Shown here piece by piece: positions 50,555 to 61,746 of a stretch of DNA of 64,000 nt. The translations under genes and the position numbers were made by a program. The stretch is from Escherichia phage ECML-359, in the sequence record OL631482.1, one strand, 5' to 3'. The notes below the pieces were generated by a model. It was not told where the DNA came from. It saw only the letters and a program-made list of their open reading frames with translations, and did no database searches. The number at the start of each line of letters is the position of its first letter. Positions within the stretch are counted from its first letter, which is position 1.

Positions 50555-51178
50555 TTACATAAACTTAAAGAATTCTTTAAGCCCCTTAATTACATGGACA
50601 GAATGCGCTCCGCACTCGCAAGAGATAGGAATAGCCATTTGGACCTGTGGCTTGAGAAGTTCTTCGGTTAGTGCATTTATATCATCGAGGGTAATTGCGT
50701 TGTATAGGTCCTCGATTTCGGCTTCATTTAAGTCATCAACAACGATGCGCTCGCCACCTTCCGTGATAATATATTCGATACAACAAGCAATCATTTTACC
50801 TTTATCGCCGTCTTCAAACAACCCAGGATAACGGAATTTAATTTTAAATGCCCCGAAATCACGAATAACTTCAGACTCATCCACGATGCTTGCACGACTT
50901 ATAGTCACAGGAATATCTTGTTCCTTTCCACATTCGCATACCCATGTATGTTCGACATTAACAACCCCAAGACTATTTGCCCAGAGAATAATAAGAAGCA
51001 GCTCAGCTTCCTGTTTGTTTAACCCTTTAGCATCAGTGCATTTATTAAGCAGTTCAATTATTGCAGGTTCCATACGCTTTTCTAATTTTGCCTGAAGCAA
51101 ATCTTTGTATTCGCGCAATGTAAAAGCCCTACAATTTATAGTTTTATTTTTAATTTGGACAATAAATTCATAAGTCAT
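50555..51178 (-). CDS. 26: baseplate hub protein gp26
   Basis: ORF track 50555..51211 trimmed to ATG with AAGGAG RBS (MTYEFIVQ...); about 207 aa. Confidence 0.85.
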   Translation of the reverse strand: MTYEFIVQIKNKTINCRAFTLREYKDLLQAKLEKRMEPAIIELLNKCTDAKGLNKQEAELLLIILWANSLGVVNVEHTWVCECGKEQDIPVTISRASIVDESEVIRDFGAFKIKFRYPGLFEDGDKGKMIACCIEYIITEGGERIVVDDLNEAEIEDLYNAITLDDINALTEELLKPQVQMAIPISCECGAHSVHVIKGLKEFFKFM

Positions 51179-51195
51179 AATTTGCTCCTTTACTG

Positions 51196-51207
51196 TATTT
51201 ATAAATA
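51196..51207. promoter_or_regulatory. divergent overlapping late promoters (TATAAATA on both strands) for genes 26 and 51
   Basis: tatttataaata reads TATAAATA in both directions. Confidence 0.55.
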
Positions 51208-51231
51208 TCAATAAAGATAAAAGGGGATTCT

Positions 51232-51984
51232 ATGGCCAATATCGTAAGATGTGAAATGCCAGACGGAGTTCATCGTTTCAAACCGTTTACAGTCGCTGAT
51301 TACCGTGATTTACTGCTTGTGCGAAACGACATGAACAACAAACCCGTCGAAGAACAAAAACAATTATTAGACGAACTGTTGGAAGATTATTTTGGAGAGT
51401 ATCCAAAAGCATGGAGGCCTTACATATTCCTGAAGGTATTCACTTCCTCTATCGGTAAGACAAAAGTCCCGGTAGCGTTTGAATGTCAAAAATGTAAAAA
51501 GACAAAGCAGACTTTGTTTAATATGAGTCAAGGTCCATTGACAAATCCAACAATGGAAACCGCGGGGATAAAAATACAATTTAAGTTCCCTGAAGTAGAA
51601 TATAAAGATAAGTCGGAGCTTGTTCTAAACACCATCCAGACTGTCGAAGACTCAGAACAAAAATACAATTGGGAAGACCTTCCTGAAGAAACGAAGATGC
51701 AGGTTATTGATGCAATTGATATAGAGAGTCTCGAAGAGCTCCTTAAGAAAATGCATTCAGTTTATATTCCATTTACATATGGTTGCTGCGAAAAACACAA
51801 AACCGAATATACAGACTTGATTGATGTCTTTAAGCTTATCCTTAACCCGGATGAAGTCTTTGTATTTTATCAAATTAACCACTTACTGGTAAAGAATCAA
51901 TATACACTGGATAGCATCATGCACATGATTCCTATCGAACGAGGTATTGCTTTATCGTTAGTTGAGAAGGACTTGAAGAAATGA
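51232..51984 (+). CDS. 51: baseplate hub assembly catalyst gp51
   Basis: 250 aa; synteny; Cys pairs. Confidence 0.85.
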   Translation: MANIVRCEMPDGVHRFKPFTVADYRDLLLVRNDMNNKPVEEQKQLLDELLEDYFGEYPKAWRPYIFLKVFTSSIGKTKVPVAFECQKCKKTKQTLFNMSQGPLTNPTMETAGIKIQFKFPEVEYKDKSELVLNTIQTVEDSEQKYNWEDLPEETKMQVIDAIDIESLEELLKKMHSVYIPFTYGCCEKHKTEYTDLIDVFKLILNPDEVFVFYQINHLLVKNQYTLDSIMHMIPIERGIALSLVEKDLKK

Positions 51985-53150
51985 CAGCTAAATCTATGCA
52001 GCGTGAAGGCTTTCCTAATATCAGTATACGCCTTTACGAAGATTATGATGCCTGGCTCGAACACCGTTTTGTAGAACTGGCTGCGACATTTACAACCATG
52101 ACCATGCGTGATTCCCTTTACGGAAGAAACGAAGGTCTGTTGCAATTCTACGACACAAAGAACTTACATACAAAAATGAACGGTGAACAAATTATACAAG
52201 TCTCCGTTAAGAATGCCAACTCAGACCGAACCCAATCCAGAATATATGGAAGCAAACACTTTGCAGTTTCTGTGGATTCAAAAGGCGATAATATAATTAC
52301 AATTCAGCTGGCTCCTATTCACGAAATTGAAGACCTGAAATTTAGTCGTATGTTTTACCCGAGTGTACAGGAAACATTAGTCGAAATGACCGGGGTAATT
52401 TATCAGGATAGACCGTTGCTTTCTCCACCAATAAACGGCATAAACGTTTATGCTCCTAACGTTCCATGGTGTGATTCGATGAACCGATATATGGAATTCA
52501 TAAGGGAAGTTGGTCTGGCAGTAGAAACTGATAAATTTGTTTTTGTATGGGAAGATATTGATGGAATAAGTATCCAGGATTATGAATGGTTAACATCACA
52601 AGAGCCAATTAATTTCGTGGTGGGTGAACCTCGATTGGTTGGCCAGTTTGTACAAAACCTCGAGACTCCATTGGCCTTCGATTTTGAATGGTTAACAAAG
52701 GCGAACCAACACACAAGAAAACCATACGAAAACGCAACCGTGTATGCACATTCATTCCTTGACAAGAACGCAACCAGAATAACTTTTGGGGAAGGACAAA
52801 ACAGCATTCTGGTATCTCGTTCAGGCGGCTATTCGGATTATACATACCGAAACGGTTTCGAAGAAGCGCAACGATTAATAACCATGTCTCAATATGATGG
52901 TTACGCGCATTGCAAAACATACGGGAACTTTGAATTAACCCCGGGTGATAAGATAAATTTCTATGACCCGAAGAACCAATTCAAATATGATTTTTACGTA
53001 GACGAAGTTATTCATGAAGTGAGTAACAATACATCAATTACAAACCTCTATATGTTTACCAATGGTAAGCCTATTGAAGTTGAAGAGCCACCAAAGGTTA
53101 AAAATGAACTTAAAACTGATTCTGCCGACGAAGAAAATACAGCTGGGTGA
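51981..53150 (+). CDS. 27: baseplate hub protein gp27
   Basis: 389 aa; ATGA overlap with gene 51. Confidence 0.9.
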   Translation: MTAKSMQREGFPNISIRLYEDYDAWLEHRFVELAATFTTMTMRDSLYGRNEGLLQFYDTKNLHTKMNGEQIIQVSVKNANSDRTQSRIYGSKHFAVSVDSKGDNIITIQLAPIHEIEDLKFSRMFYPSVQETLVEMTGVIYQDRPLLSPPINGINVYAPNVPWCDSMNRYMEFIREVGLAVETDKFVFVWEDIDGISIQDYEWLTSQEPINFVVGEPRLVGQFVQNLETPLAFDFEWLTKANQHTRKPYENATVYAHSFLDKNATRITFGEGQNSILVSRSGGYSDYTYRNGFEEAQRLITMSQYDGYAHCKTYGNFELTPGDKINFYDPKNQFKYDFYVDEVIHEVSNNTSITNLYMFTNGKPIEVEEPPKVKNELKTDSADEENTAG

Positions 53151-53622
53151 TAAAGAGATTCACATTCCTAAGCTGGGTCTTAAACATCACAATCTGATTA
53201 AAAACGAACCTAACCCATACGCTGCCTTAAAAAAGATTATGCAATCGATATTCCCTAATCTTACAGCAGCTGAATCCGACTTTGTATCTTTACATCTTCT
53301 GGAATTTAATGGTAAGCTAAAAGACAAACGCGAGATTGATGGGTTTACATATAAGCTGGATGATGTTTATATCTGTCAGCGCCTTGAATTCTCTTATCAA
53401 GGAAAAACATTTAAATTCCGCTCTAATAAACCGTATGAAGAATTCGGACCAGTAGACAATCTCCTGGAGACCCTTTATCTCGGGGAAGACGTTCCAGACT
53501 TTCTGGATATGCCTGCTTTTGTTGCTAAGTGGGCAGACGATATCACAAGCACATTAGCAATCCCGGGACCGAATGGTCCTGTTAAGGGGTTACTGAAAAT
53601 AATGGAACTCCTAAATGAATAA
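53104..53622 (+). CDS. 28: baseplate distal hub protein gp28
   Basis: ORF track 53062..53622 trimmed to ATG with AAGG RBS; overlaps gene 27 3' end. Confidence 0.75.
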   Translation: MNLKLILPTKKIQLGDKEIHIPKLGLKHHNLIKNEPNPYAALKKIMQSIFPNLTAAESDFVSLHLLEFNGKLKDKREIDGFTYKLDDVYICQRLEFSYQGKTFKFRSNKPYEEFGPVDNLLETLYLGEDVPDFLDMPAFVAKWADDITSTLAIPGPNGPVKGLLKIMELLNE

Positions 53623-55360
53623 GAACTCCGAACAAACAAGCTTCAGACGCGGTGGACCGAATAAAAAGCTTATTGAAGAATTAGCACCACAAAGGAGGGC
53701 GGAAGCCCTCTCTGCCGAACAGAATGACGAACTATCGAATCTGAATACAACTCTTACAAATACACAAGCTGCAACCGAACTTGTGTCGGAAGCTATTGAG
53801 GATAAGGGTAATCAGATTATCGAGAATATCCAAACCAATAATGGAGTCCTCCAGGATATCAGTGCTGGGGTCGAACTGACGGCCGAAGCCACCGAGAAGA
53901 CTCAACAAGGGATTAAAAACCTCACGGATATTCTCTCGGATAAACTCGACAAACTCAGTGCAATGATAAGTGGTAAACTAGGTGTCACGTCTCCTGTAGC
54001 TGGTTCTGAAAGCCTTAAACCTGTGGAGGATGCATTACCAGAGCCTGAAGAGAATAAGCCCACGGCGAGCGTTCCAGAGCTCATACCGCCAGAAGAACAA
54101 AAGCCAGACGCAGACTTCATTCCAGAACCAGAACAACCAAAAAACGATGCAGAAGGCAAAGAGACTAATACCTGGTCACTTAGCGATAAGCTTGACACCC
54201 TTTCAAAGATAACCGAAAAAGGATTTAAGGCATCGATTTCTGTTGCTGACCGAATCTCTGGGATGTTGTTCAAATACACAATTACGGCCGCTGCCGAAGC
54301 AGCCAAGCTTATTGGTGGATTATTGCTGTTGGTATTTGGTATCGATGCGATACGAGTTTATTTTCAATATTTCATGAAACAATTCGAAAAAGGATGGGCC
54401 GAATTTAATGACAAGTTCAAAGAATGGGGGCCATTACTCGAAGGACTAATGACTTGGGCTAAGAATGCTGAAGCGATGTTTAGTGAAAGGAACTGGTTGG
54501 GATTAGCTGAAGCTATTATCCGTGGGATGGTTAACTTAACGAAGAACATGGCTCAACTTCTTATGCTTGGGATTTCGAAACTGATTTCAGCTATCTTAAG
54601 CAAAATCCCTGGGATGGGTGATTTAGCAGATAATGTGGAAGCCTCGGCTTTGATGTCTTATCAGCAAAATACAGGGGCAACTCTGGATGATGAAGACCAA
54701 ACCAAGATAGCAAAATATCATGACAAACGTTCGGCTGAAGCAATGAAAGCTGCAGAGAAGATGAATAAGAAGTATAAGGATAAGCCTGAACTAATTAATC
54801 AAGCCGAAAAATATGGTAACCTTACCAAGGAACAAGCTGACCAGCTTCGCGCGGGTGGTATTGACACAAGCTTCAGAGACCTTCCAGAAGAAGAACGTCT
54901 GGACTATTTCAAGAAGCGTGACAAAGCACAGGCTGATATTATTCGTTTGACCCAAACTGCTGACAACCTAATGAAGCCAGATGCGACCGATAAAAAGAAT
55001 GCGCTGGAAATGAGAGCTAACATTGAAAAACAATTAGCTGACCCTGCTATGGCAAAAGGTGGAGCTCCGAAAGACTTGAATATGCGTGCTCTCCTGGAAA
55101 AACTTGATAAGTCTCTTGAGAAGTTCAAAGATGAACCAAAGGTTAAACCGCCAGACATTAAGACTTCTCCGGATGCGCAACAAGCCGCGAAGGTTGATGA
55201 AGGCATGAAGGCCAAAGAAAATAAATACAAGGATGTACCAGCTCAGGCCCAAATTAACACGGTCAATAATATTCAGAAGACTTCCAGGACGCACTACAAT
55301 ATGCCTCCCCAAAGTTCAACCCCTGCCCCTGGCATGAGACAGGCTACGAGAATTAACTAA
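53615..55360 (+). CDS. 29: baseplate hub / tail length determinant gp29
   Basis: 581 aa; long alpha-helical protein; synteny. Confidence 0.9.
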   Translation: MNKNSEQTSFRRGGPNKKLIEELAPQRRAEALSAEQNDELSNLNTTLTNTQAATELVSEAIEDKGNQIIENIQTNNGVLQDISAGVELTAEATEKTQQGIKNLTDILSDKLDKLSAMISGKLGVTSPVAGSESLKPVEDALPEPEENKPTASVPELIPPEEQKPDADFIPEPEQPKNDAEGKETNTWSLSDKLDTLSKITEKGFKASISVADRISGMLFKYTITAAAEAAKLIGGLLLLVFGIDAIRVYFQYFMKQFEKGWAEFNDKFKEWGPLLEGLMTWAKNAEAMFSERNWLGLAEAIIRGMVNLTKNMAQLLMLGISKLISAILSKIPGMGDLADNVEASALMSYQQNTGATLDDEDQTKIAKYHDKRSAEAMKAAEKMNKKYKDKPELINQAEKYGNLTKEQADQLRAGGIDTSFRDLPEEERLDYFKKRDKAQADIIRLTQTADNLMKPDATDKKNALEMRANIEKQLADPAMAKGGAPKDLNMRALLEKLDKSLEKFKDEPKVKPPDIKTSPDAQQAAKVDEGMKAKENKYKDVPAQAQINTVNNIQKTSRTHYNMPPQSSTPAPGMRQATRIN

Positions 55361-55368
55361 GGAATAAT

Positions 55369-56463
55369 ATGAAAGTAAAAGAACTCGATATTGATATTGC
55401 GGGTTTGTTTAACGGAGGTTCTAAGACCTCCGCGGGGCAGTCAAAAGCTGCCCCGACTCAAGCTACTATTGTGGCGCAATATCCAGCAGAACGAGCTTCC
55501 GGTAATGATTCTTCAGATGATATGCGAGTTAATGACCTTTATAAAAATGGTCTGTTATTCACGGCATACAATTTCAGTTCAAGAACATCTCCGGAATTAC
55601 GCTCAGATAGGTCAAGCCAATTGACTTCATTAAAGAACGTTTCAAATGGTGCTTCATTTAACCCGGTTAAAAGTTTAACATCTTTTGCTAAATCGAAATT
55701 AACCGGGGCTGGCTCAACAGGTAAAAGTTTTGATTCAAATGCTGTTGCAAATATCCTGTTGCCTCGTTCGAAGTCTGATGTAGAATCCGTGTCGCATCGA
55801 TTCAATGATGTTGGTGAATCTCTTATTACGAAAGGGGGTGGCTCAGCCACCGGTATTCTTAGTAACATCGCATCGACTGCAGTTTTCGGCGCACTCGAAT
55901 CAGTTACAAACGGTGTAATGGCCGACCACGGTGAACAGATTTACACAACCGCACGAAGCATGTATGCTGGCCCGGACAACAGGACAAAAGTTTATACCTG
56001 GGAAATGACTCCACGTTCGGCCCAGGACTTAATCCAGATAGTGAAGATATACGAGATTTTTAACTATTACTCCTATGGGGAAACAGGTAAAAGTTCGTTT
56101 GCTTCCGAGTTGAAAGATAAAATCGACACATGGTATAAATCCACCTTCAAAAAAGAAGCAATCGATAACTTTGATGGTAAGTTACTCGGTGAAGAGATAA
56201 CAAGCTTCCTAACGAACGTTCTGGTGGTCTCTAACCCTACTATCTGGTATATCCGCAACTTCGGTGATACAAGCTCGTATGATGGTCGTGGGGAGCTATT
56301 TGGGCCATGCCAGATTCAGAGCATAAGATTTGATAAATCTCCGGATGGTCATTTCGGTGGATTAGCTATTGCTCCTAACCTGCCATCGACTTTTGTACTT
56401 GAAATCACTTTCCGTGAAATCATTACGCTTAACCGTGGCTCGTTATATGCGGAGGGTTTCTAA
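55369..56463 (+). CDS. 48: baseplate tail tube cap gp48
   Basis: 364 aa; synteny. Confidence 0.9.
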   Translation: MKVKELDIDIAGLFNGGSKTSAGQSKAAPTQATIVAQYPAERASGNDSSDDMRVNDLYKNGLLFTAYNFSSRTSPELRSDRSSQLTSLKNVSNGASFNPVKSLTSFAKSKLTGAGSTGKSFDSNAVANILLPRSKSDVESVSHRFNDVGESLITKGGGSATGILSNIASTAVFGALESVTNGVMADHGEQIYTTARSMYAGPDNRTKVYTWEMTPRSAQDLIQIVKIYEIFNYYSYGETGKSSFASELKDKIDTWYKSTFKKEAIDNFDGKLLGEEITSFLTNVLVVSNPTIWYIRNFGDTSSYDGRGELFGPCQIQSIRFDKSPDGHFGGLAIAPNLPSTFVLEITFREIITLNRGSLYAEGF

Positions 56464-57422
56464 TGTTTACTTTACAAGAATTCCAAACGCAGGCGATTAA
56501 TATCGACTTACAAAGGAATAACCTTTTTAGTGTGGTCTTCGCGACCACACCTTCCTCCAAATCTCAGAATCTTCTGGACCAGTTTGGTGGCGCATTATTC
56601 AGCAACCTTCCTGTTAACTCAGATTGGTTTGGTTTAACGCAAGGCGACTTAACTCAAGGGATAACAACTCTTGTTACTGCTGGGACACAAAAGCTTATTC
56701 GCAAATCAGGGATAAGCAAATATCTTATCGGGGCAATGAGTAACCGTGTTGTGCAATCATTATTGGGGGAATTCGAGGTTGGTACTTACCTGCTTGATTT
56801 CTTTAATATGGCCTATCCAACGGCTGGTCTATTGGTCCACTCTGTTAAGCTTCCGGATAACACGTTGAACTACGAAATGGACCTCAACCATAACGCACCA
56901 AATATCAAGATAACAGGAAGAGAATATTCTCCATTGGTATTGAGCTTTAGAATGGATTCAGAGGCAGGGAACTACAGAGCATTTAACGATTGGGTTAACT
57001 CTGTGCAAGACCCAGTTACCCAGCTAAGGGCCTTGCCTGAAGACGTTGAAGCTGATATTCAGGTTAACCTTCACTCACGTAATGGATTGCCGCATACGGT
57101 TGTTATGCTAACTGGTTGTGTTCCTGTAAGTGTATCAGCGCCTGAATTGAGTTATGAAGGGGATAATCAGATAGCTACATTTGATGTGACTTTTGCTTAT
57201 CGCGTTATGTCAACTGGTGCGGTGGGAAGAGCTGCTGCATTGGAATGGTTAGAAGATAAGGTTATTAAGGGTGTATCTGGTATTAGTTCAGATAATAACT
57301 TGAACGCCGAAGTTGCCAAATTGAGTCGCTTGTCTGGTGCTCAATCTGGATTAACAAGTCTATACAATACGTTCACTGGTTCTGGGAGAACAATCTCCGG
57401 TGGAAGTCAACGTATATTATAA
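56463..57422 (+). CDS. 54: baseplate tail tube initiator gp54
   Basis: 319 aa; synteny. Confidence 0.9.
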   Translation: MFTLQEFQTQAINIDLQRNNLFSVVFATTPSSKSQNLLDQFGGALFSNLPVNSDWFGLTQGDLTQGITTLVTAGTQKLIRKSGISKYLIGAMSNRVVQSLLGEFEVGTYLLDFFNMAYPTAGLLVHSVKLPDNTLNYEMDLNHNAPNIKITGREYSPLVLSFRMDSEAGNYRAFNDWVNSVQDPVTQLRALPEDVEADIQVNLHSRNGLPHTVVMLTGCVPVSVSAPELSYEGDNQIATFDVTFAYRVMSTGAVGRAAALEWLEDKVIKGVSGISSDNNLNAEVAKLSRLSGAQSGLTSLYNTFTGSGRTISGGSQRIL

Positions 57423-57426
57423 AAAG

Positions 57427-57450
57427 AAAGGGACCCGAAGGTCCCTTTTT
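57427..57450. terminator. bidirectional hairpin terminator after gene 54
   Basis: aaagggacccgaaggtccc followed by tttttt. Confidence 0.6.
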
Positions 57451-57772
57451 ATTTGCGGAATGAAATGAAACCTGCTGCAGTCATTACAGCTTCTTTCTTA
57501 GCAAAGACTGTAATTGCAATTGGTGCTTCAGATTCAAGTTGTCCAGTTACTACACCATTAAAAATATTTTCTGTTTGTTCAGAATTTACAAAGTTTTCAA
57601 CAGGGCGAAGGTCAAACTTCTTATCTTCACCAAATACACGGCGCAATTCATTACCCACCGCGCTGTCAAACTCTTCTGAAGCCGGGATAACATTCTCAAC
57701 TACCAGTTCCTGACCGTTAAAGCGAAAAGATGATTTCATTTTGTTTTCCTCATGTGTAATTGATATGAACAT
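57449..57772 (-). CDS. hypothetical protein (alt.-x position)
   Basis: 107-aa ORF downstream of alt on same strand. Confidence 0.55.
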   Translation of the reverse strand: MFISITHEENKMKSSFRFNGQELVVENVIPASEEFDSAVGNELRRVFGEDKKFDLRPVENFVNSEQTENIFNGVVTGQLESEAPIAITVFAKKEAVMTAAGFISFRK

Positions 57773-57802
57773 TGTATCGCACTTCCTTGTGCTTGTAAAC
57801 CC

Positions 57803-59863
57803 CTATGAAAGGAATTTAGGAGGAATAGCTTCCAAATTAATACAACTAGCAAGAATACCAAGCCCTTGATTGACTTTCTTCGTTACCCCAGAGGATGCAA
57901 ACGATGCAAAGTCAACAGATTCTACTGGCTCTTCTGTTTCCTCGCCCTGATAAACGACAAGCTCACCAGTTTCTATCAACACATCACCATCATAGATAAC
58001 TGCATTTTCATCCAGTTGGTCCGTGGTCTGGATATCAGCTTCCAGCATTTTGACGTTCGCGTTTCCTTGATACGAAGCATCAGTAATTTTGGTAATCTTA
58101 ACTACAGTCCCACGAGGAAGAATAACTTCCTGCTCGGATGGGTTGCTTGACAATTCCCCAGGAACAATTACGTTAATTAAGTCCGCCCCAGAAATTTTCC
58201 AACCAACATGCATCATTACGTGGTCGCGGCGTGCTTCCGGCATATCTGGTAAAACAATTTCGTCATCAGCCTGGAAAGATGTCCCATCACGATAGTCCTG
58301 ATGAACTGCAGCCATAGCAACGTTCGCCACCCAGCCACCAAAGATAATCGGTTTAAACGACGTTGATACATAGTTCCTGAAATAAAATAATTTAGATTTC
58401 TTAATTTTATCAAATGTAGGAACGTTTAAATATTGACCACGCCAAAGAGTTGTATTAGGCGGCAACTTATGTCCAATTTCAAAGGCCGAATCCAATTCCT
58501 TAATTGTTTCGACAACTCTGTCTAGATTTAGGAATTCAGCTTCTTCTTCATAATATTTGCCCATCAAATAATTATTAATATCGGCATAGTTTGCTCCACA
58601 ATAATCTGCAATTGCTTCTCGCTGACCATAATGGAAACGGTTGTCAGTATACCCTGCTGTGAAATTAAGAGTATTTTCTGATGCTTCTTCAGCAAAGTCT
58701 TTAACTGCAACACGAATGGCGCTTGTGTATTCTTTTTCCCAGAGCGAGGCTGCATAAGTGGCTGCATCCACATTAGGAGGAGCATCATTCATTTTTCTTT
58801 CGATAAATGCGGCTTTGCGAAGGTTAAGAATCTCTGCGCATGATTCGGCAAAAATCTGCATCTGCTTCATACTACCAACTGGAGCACGTTTAAGTTCGCG
58901 ATGCATACGGTTAAAAATTGGGTCAGAGTCTTCAACACGAATTTCTTCTTTCCAAACACCATTTGCTCGCATAGCCGTATCTGCTGCGCGCATACGAGCC
59001 ATAGTATTCGTTTCGGAAGGTCGAACAAAAATTTCCAGTTCTTCATAATCATCGATAAGTTCTGCCGTAGCCGGTCGACTAAACTTAGCAGCTTCTGCAT
59101 CAATTTCGTCCCAACCTTCTGGCACGGAATCCATTGGGGCGTACTGGGCTTGTGCAATAGCTCGGCGACTGATTTTAGTTTTCTGGGCAACAGCAGCATC
59201 GGTCTTTTTGTTTGCTGCGTCAATCAGAATCTCGGCTGCAATTTCTTGTTTGGATACTTGTGCACCATTATCTTTATTGGTGAATACATCACCAACTTTA
59301 GTTTCGACTTTTTTATATTTCTCAGGGACTGGTGGCATACCATCGACTGAAAGCAGGTCAACACCCCTTTTGTACATAATTACATAAGCGTTCTTTTTAC
59401 CAAGGCCAGAAGCATTCGGAAGAACATGATAACGTCCGCTGGTTTTCATTTGAATCAGTCGATTCATAATACGAATAATAGCTTGGTCTTGTCCTTTCAT
59501 CTTTTTGGATGGGAAACGGAACAAGACTACATCAGGTTTGCCTAGTTTAATGCTTTCCCAGACTGTAGTAAAAATCAAGTTAATTGCATCAAGAGGTTTT
59601 TCACCTAAACCACCCTTCAGAGGAACAGCATGGCCATGTGAAGTCCCGGATAACAGAAATACCTCGGCAATTGCATCACCGCGTTTATATTGTTTAACTG
59701 TTTCTTTGCCCGTGAATTGCATCAAACGGGCCATAAGAGAATTGGTCCCAGGAACACCGAATTGCCAAACCTGTGGGACCTTGTATTTTGGATTCATATT
59801 AATGACAGGATAACCGAAGGTTTCGATATATTTGTCAAAGAGTTCATTTAATTGTTCAGACAT
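57803..59863 (-). CDS. alt: ADP-ribosyltransferase Alt (virion-packaged)
   Basis: 686 aa; MSEQLNELFDKYIETFGYPVINMNPKYKVPQVWQFG...; late promoter upstream. Confidence 0.9.
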   Translation of the reverse strand: MSEQLNELFDKYIETFGYPVINMNPKYKVPQVWQFGVPGTNSLMARLMQFTGKETVKQYKRGDAIAEVFLLSGTSHGHAVPLKGGLGEKPLDAINLIFTTVWESIKLGKPDVVLFRFPSKKMKGQDQAIIRIMNRLIQMKTSGRYHVLPNASGLGKKNAYVIMYKRGVDLLSVDGMPPVPEKYKKVETKVGDVFTNKDNGAQVSKQEIAAEILIDAANKKTDAAVAQKTKISRRAIAQAQYAPMDSVPEGWDEIDAEAAKFSRPATAELIDDYEELEIFVRPSETNTMARMRAADTAMRANGVWKEEIRVEDSDPIFNRMHRELKRAPVGSMKQMQIFAESCAEILNLRKAAFIERKMNDAPPNVDAATYAASLWEKEYTSAIRVAVKDFAEEASENTLNFTAGYTDNRFHYGQREAIADYCGANYADINNYLMGKYYEEEAEFLNLDRVVETIKELDSAFEIGHKLPPNTTLWRGQYLNVPTFDKIKKSKLFYFRNYVSTSFKPIIFGGWVANVAMAAVHQDYRDGTSFQADDEIVLPDMPEARRDHVMMHVGWKISGADLINVIVPGELSSNPSEQEVILPRGTVVKITKITDASYQGNANVKMLEADIQTTDQLDENAVIYDGDVLIETGELVVYQGEETEEPVESVDFASFASSGVTKKVNQGLGILASCINLEAIPPKFLS

Positions 59864-59888
59864 AATAGGTTCCTTATAAAATATGATG

Positions 59889-59896
59889 TATTTATA
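59889..59896 (-). promoter_or_regulatory. late promoter TATAAATA (alt)
   Basis: reverse complement of tatttata about 25 nt upstream of alt ATG. Confidence 0.55.
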
Positions 59897-59900
59897 CTAA

Positions 59901-59920
59901 AAAAGGGCCGAAGCCCTTTT
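59901..59920 (-). terminator. hairpin terminator after gene 30
   Basis: aaaagggccgaagccc followed by tttt. Confidence 0.55.
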
Positions 59921-59921
59921 G

Positions 59922-61454
59922 TTATTTTAATCCAGTCTTTGACCAGTCGCCAAATACATCTTCGAATGTGTCTGCATGGTCTTTATCAAAACGGAACCCT
60001 TTGATAATCGACAGGAACAATGCAACCGTATTATCTTTACGAGTCTCGGAAGTCAACCAACCATTGCATTCACAGTCGGCAATCATTCCAACCAATTCAC
60101 CTTTACGTGCTTTAACCATCAAGGCTTCACGGTCCATTTCATGACGCTCCTCAATCGGAATAGTAACCCATTTTTTGGTTTTCTTATCTTTGACTTGAGT
60201 TGTGTCTTTAAAACCAGAACCACAGTTATTTGTAATCTTACCACAAGAAGAACGAAGCACCACACCGCCAATCTTATTCGGGTCTTTATCGTGCTCGTAA
60301 TATCCAATGATTTCCATTGCAATGTCAATTACTTCTTTGAACTTATACAGGTTCTTTGAGCGCTTGTTTTCCCAAATCGATGCCATGTTCTTAAGGATAA
60401 TACCTTCAAGGCCTTCATCCACGTATTTCTTATAGATAACTTTCGCTTCATCAAGATTGTTAACAACATGGTTTTCAATCAGAATCATGCGGTCAAAACC
60501 ATGCAGCACCACGTTATCTGCAATCATCTTTTCCAGAACAGCAAAACGCACATCGTATTTCAACGGATTGAGAATCTTAACATCAGAATAGACTTCAATC
60601 AGCGGAACATAATCCCAAACCTGGAATTTCATACAAGAAGCTTCTGCTGCAGAAATAGTTCCTTTCAATGATTTGTTTGCCATACCATTTGAAAAGGTTC
60701 TTGATTCAGCAGTTTCTTTTGCAGGAGCAATCTCATCTGAATCGTCAAAAAGGAAGCCCAAACCGTCATTCTGGGGAGCTATTTTCTGTTCATGGTATAC
60801 TAACTCGCCATCAATTAAAACGCCCTCAGGATGTCTCTCGCGCGCTTCACGAGTAGCTTCAATCAATTCCTTTTTAAGGAGGTCAAGCTTGAGGTACTCA
60901 TTTCCGGCTCGGGATAACAATCGAACATCATCCAACTCATCGCCGCGAACTTCTGCAAAACACCGAGCGCCATCGGCTTTCAATTGTGCAAAGGCCGGGA
61001 ACTTAATGTTCTTAGCAATACCAGCTTCATCATAAGAAGAAGCGAGCATCTGCGGTTGTTCAGGAATTAAACCTTTCCAAACCTTATTCGCAATTGATAC
61101 AGATGCACCACATTCCAGGTCACGCATCATCACACGCCGCAAGACTTCAACATCGGCCTTTTTACCATCTGCAATATAACCAGATAATTCCTCGATTGCC
61201 GCATTACCTGTTAATTTGCGAGAGGCTAATGTGAATTCGATAAAGTCAAGCATATCATCGATATTCAACATACCAAAGCTTTGAGTCGTTGCCCCAGGTT
61301 TTGGCCATTTCTTTATATAGAACTGGATGCCTTTGGAATATGTCAAACGATACACGCGTTTAAGGGTTTCATTATCAGAATACGATTCTAAGATAGCTTG
61401 TTTCTCTTTAGTAGAATCGGTTGCAGCAATTTCATTTAAAATATCTAAAATCAT
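59922..61454 (-). CDS. 30: ATP-dependent DNA ligase gp30
   Basis: MILDILNEIAATDSTKEKQAILES...; adenylation motif KADGAR; 510 aa. Confidence 0.95.
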   Translation of the reverse strand: MILDILNEIAATDSTKEKQAILESYSDNETLKRVYRLTYSKGIQFYIKKWPKPGATTQSFGMLNIDDMLDFIEFTLASRKLTGNAAIEELSGYIADGKKADVEVLRRVMMRDLECGASVSIANKVWKGLIPEQPQMLASSYDEAGIAKNIKFPAFAQLKADGARCFAEVRGDELDDVRLLSRAGNEYLKLDLLKKELIEATREARERHPEGVLIDGELVYHEQKIAPQNDGLGFLFDDSDEIAPAKETAESRTFSNGMANKSLKGTISAAEASCMKFQVWDYVPLIEVYSDVKILNPLKYDVRFAVLEKMIADNVVLHGFDRMILIENHVVNNLDEAKVIYKKYVDEGLEGIILKNMASIWENKRSKNLYKFKEVIDIAMEIIGYYEHDKDPNKIGGVVLRSSCGKITNNCGSGFKDTTQVKDKKTKKWVTIPIEERHEMDREALMVKARKGELVGMIADCECNGWLTSETRKDNTVALFLSIIKGFRFDKDHADTFEDVFGDWSKTGLK

Positions 61455-61464
61455 TAATCACCTC

Positions 61465-61746
61465 TTAGTCGTTGACTCTATTATATGCCACGTCTTCCAA
61501 AAGCAAATCCAGCCGCTTATGATAAGTGAACACAAATTTAGTTGCCCCGTCTGGTTTCATTTTGGTCATGAAGTGAATATAGATAAATCCTTGCTCAACG
61601 CATTCACGCCAAACGGGGTTATCTTTAGCCGGATTAATATCAAACGAGTAATTATGATTCACATGACGAATAAACTGATTAACATGACCGTAATCCATCG
61701 TGGTAGTTGGACCATGGTCAGAAATAGTATGAACGACAAACATCAA
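61465..61746 (-). CDS. gp30.1-like hypothetical protein
   Basis: 93-aa ORF; ATGA overlap with upstream gene. Confidence 0.6.
   Translation of the reverse strand: MMFVVHTISDHGPTTTMDYGHVNQFIRHVNHNYSFDINPAKDNPVWRECVEQGFIYIHFMTKMKPDGATKFVFTYHKRLDLLLEDVAYNRVND

Noticed and set aside
53902-54306. 134-aa minus-strand ORF inside gene 29
   Set aside because: Antisense shadow ORF, Ser/Ala/Gly low complexity.
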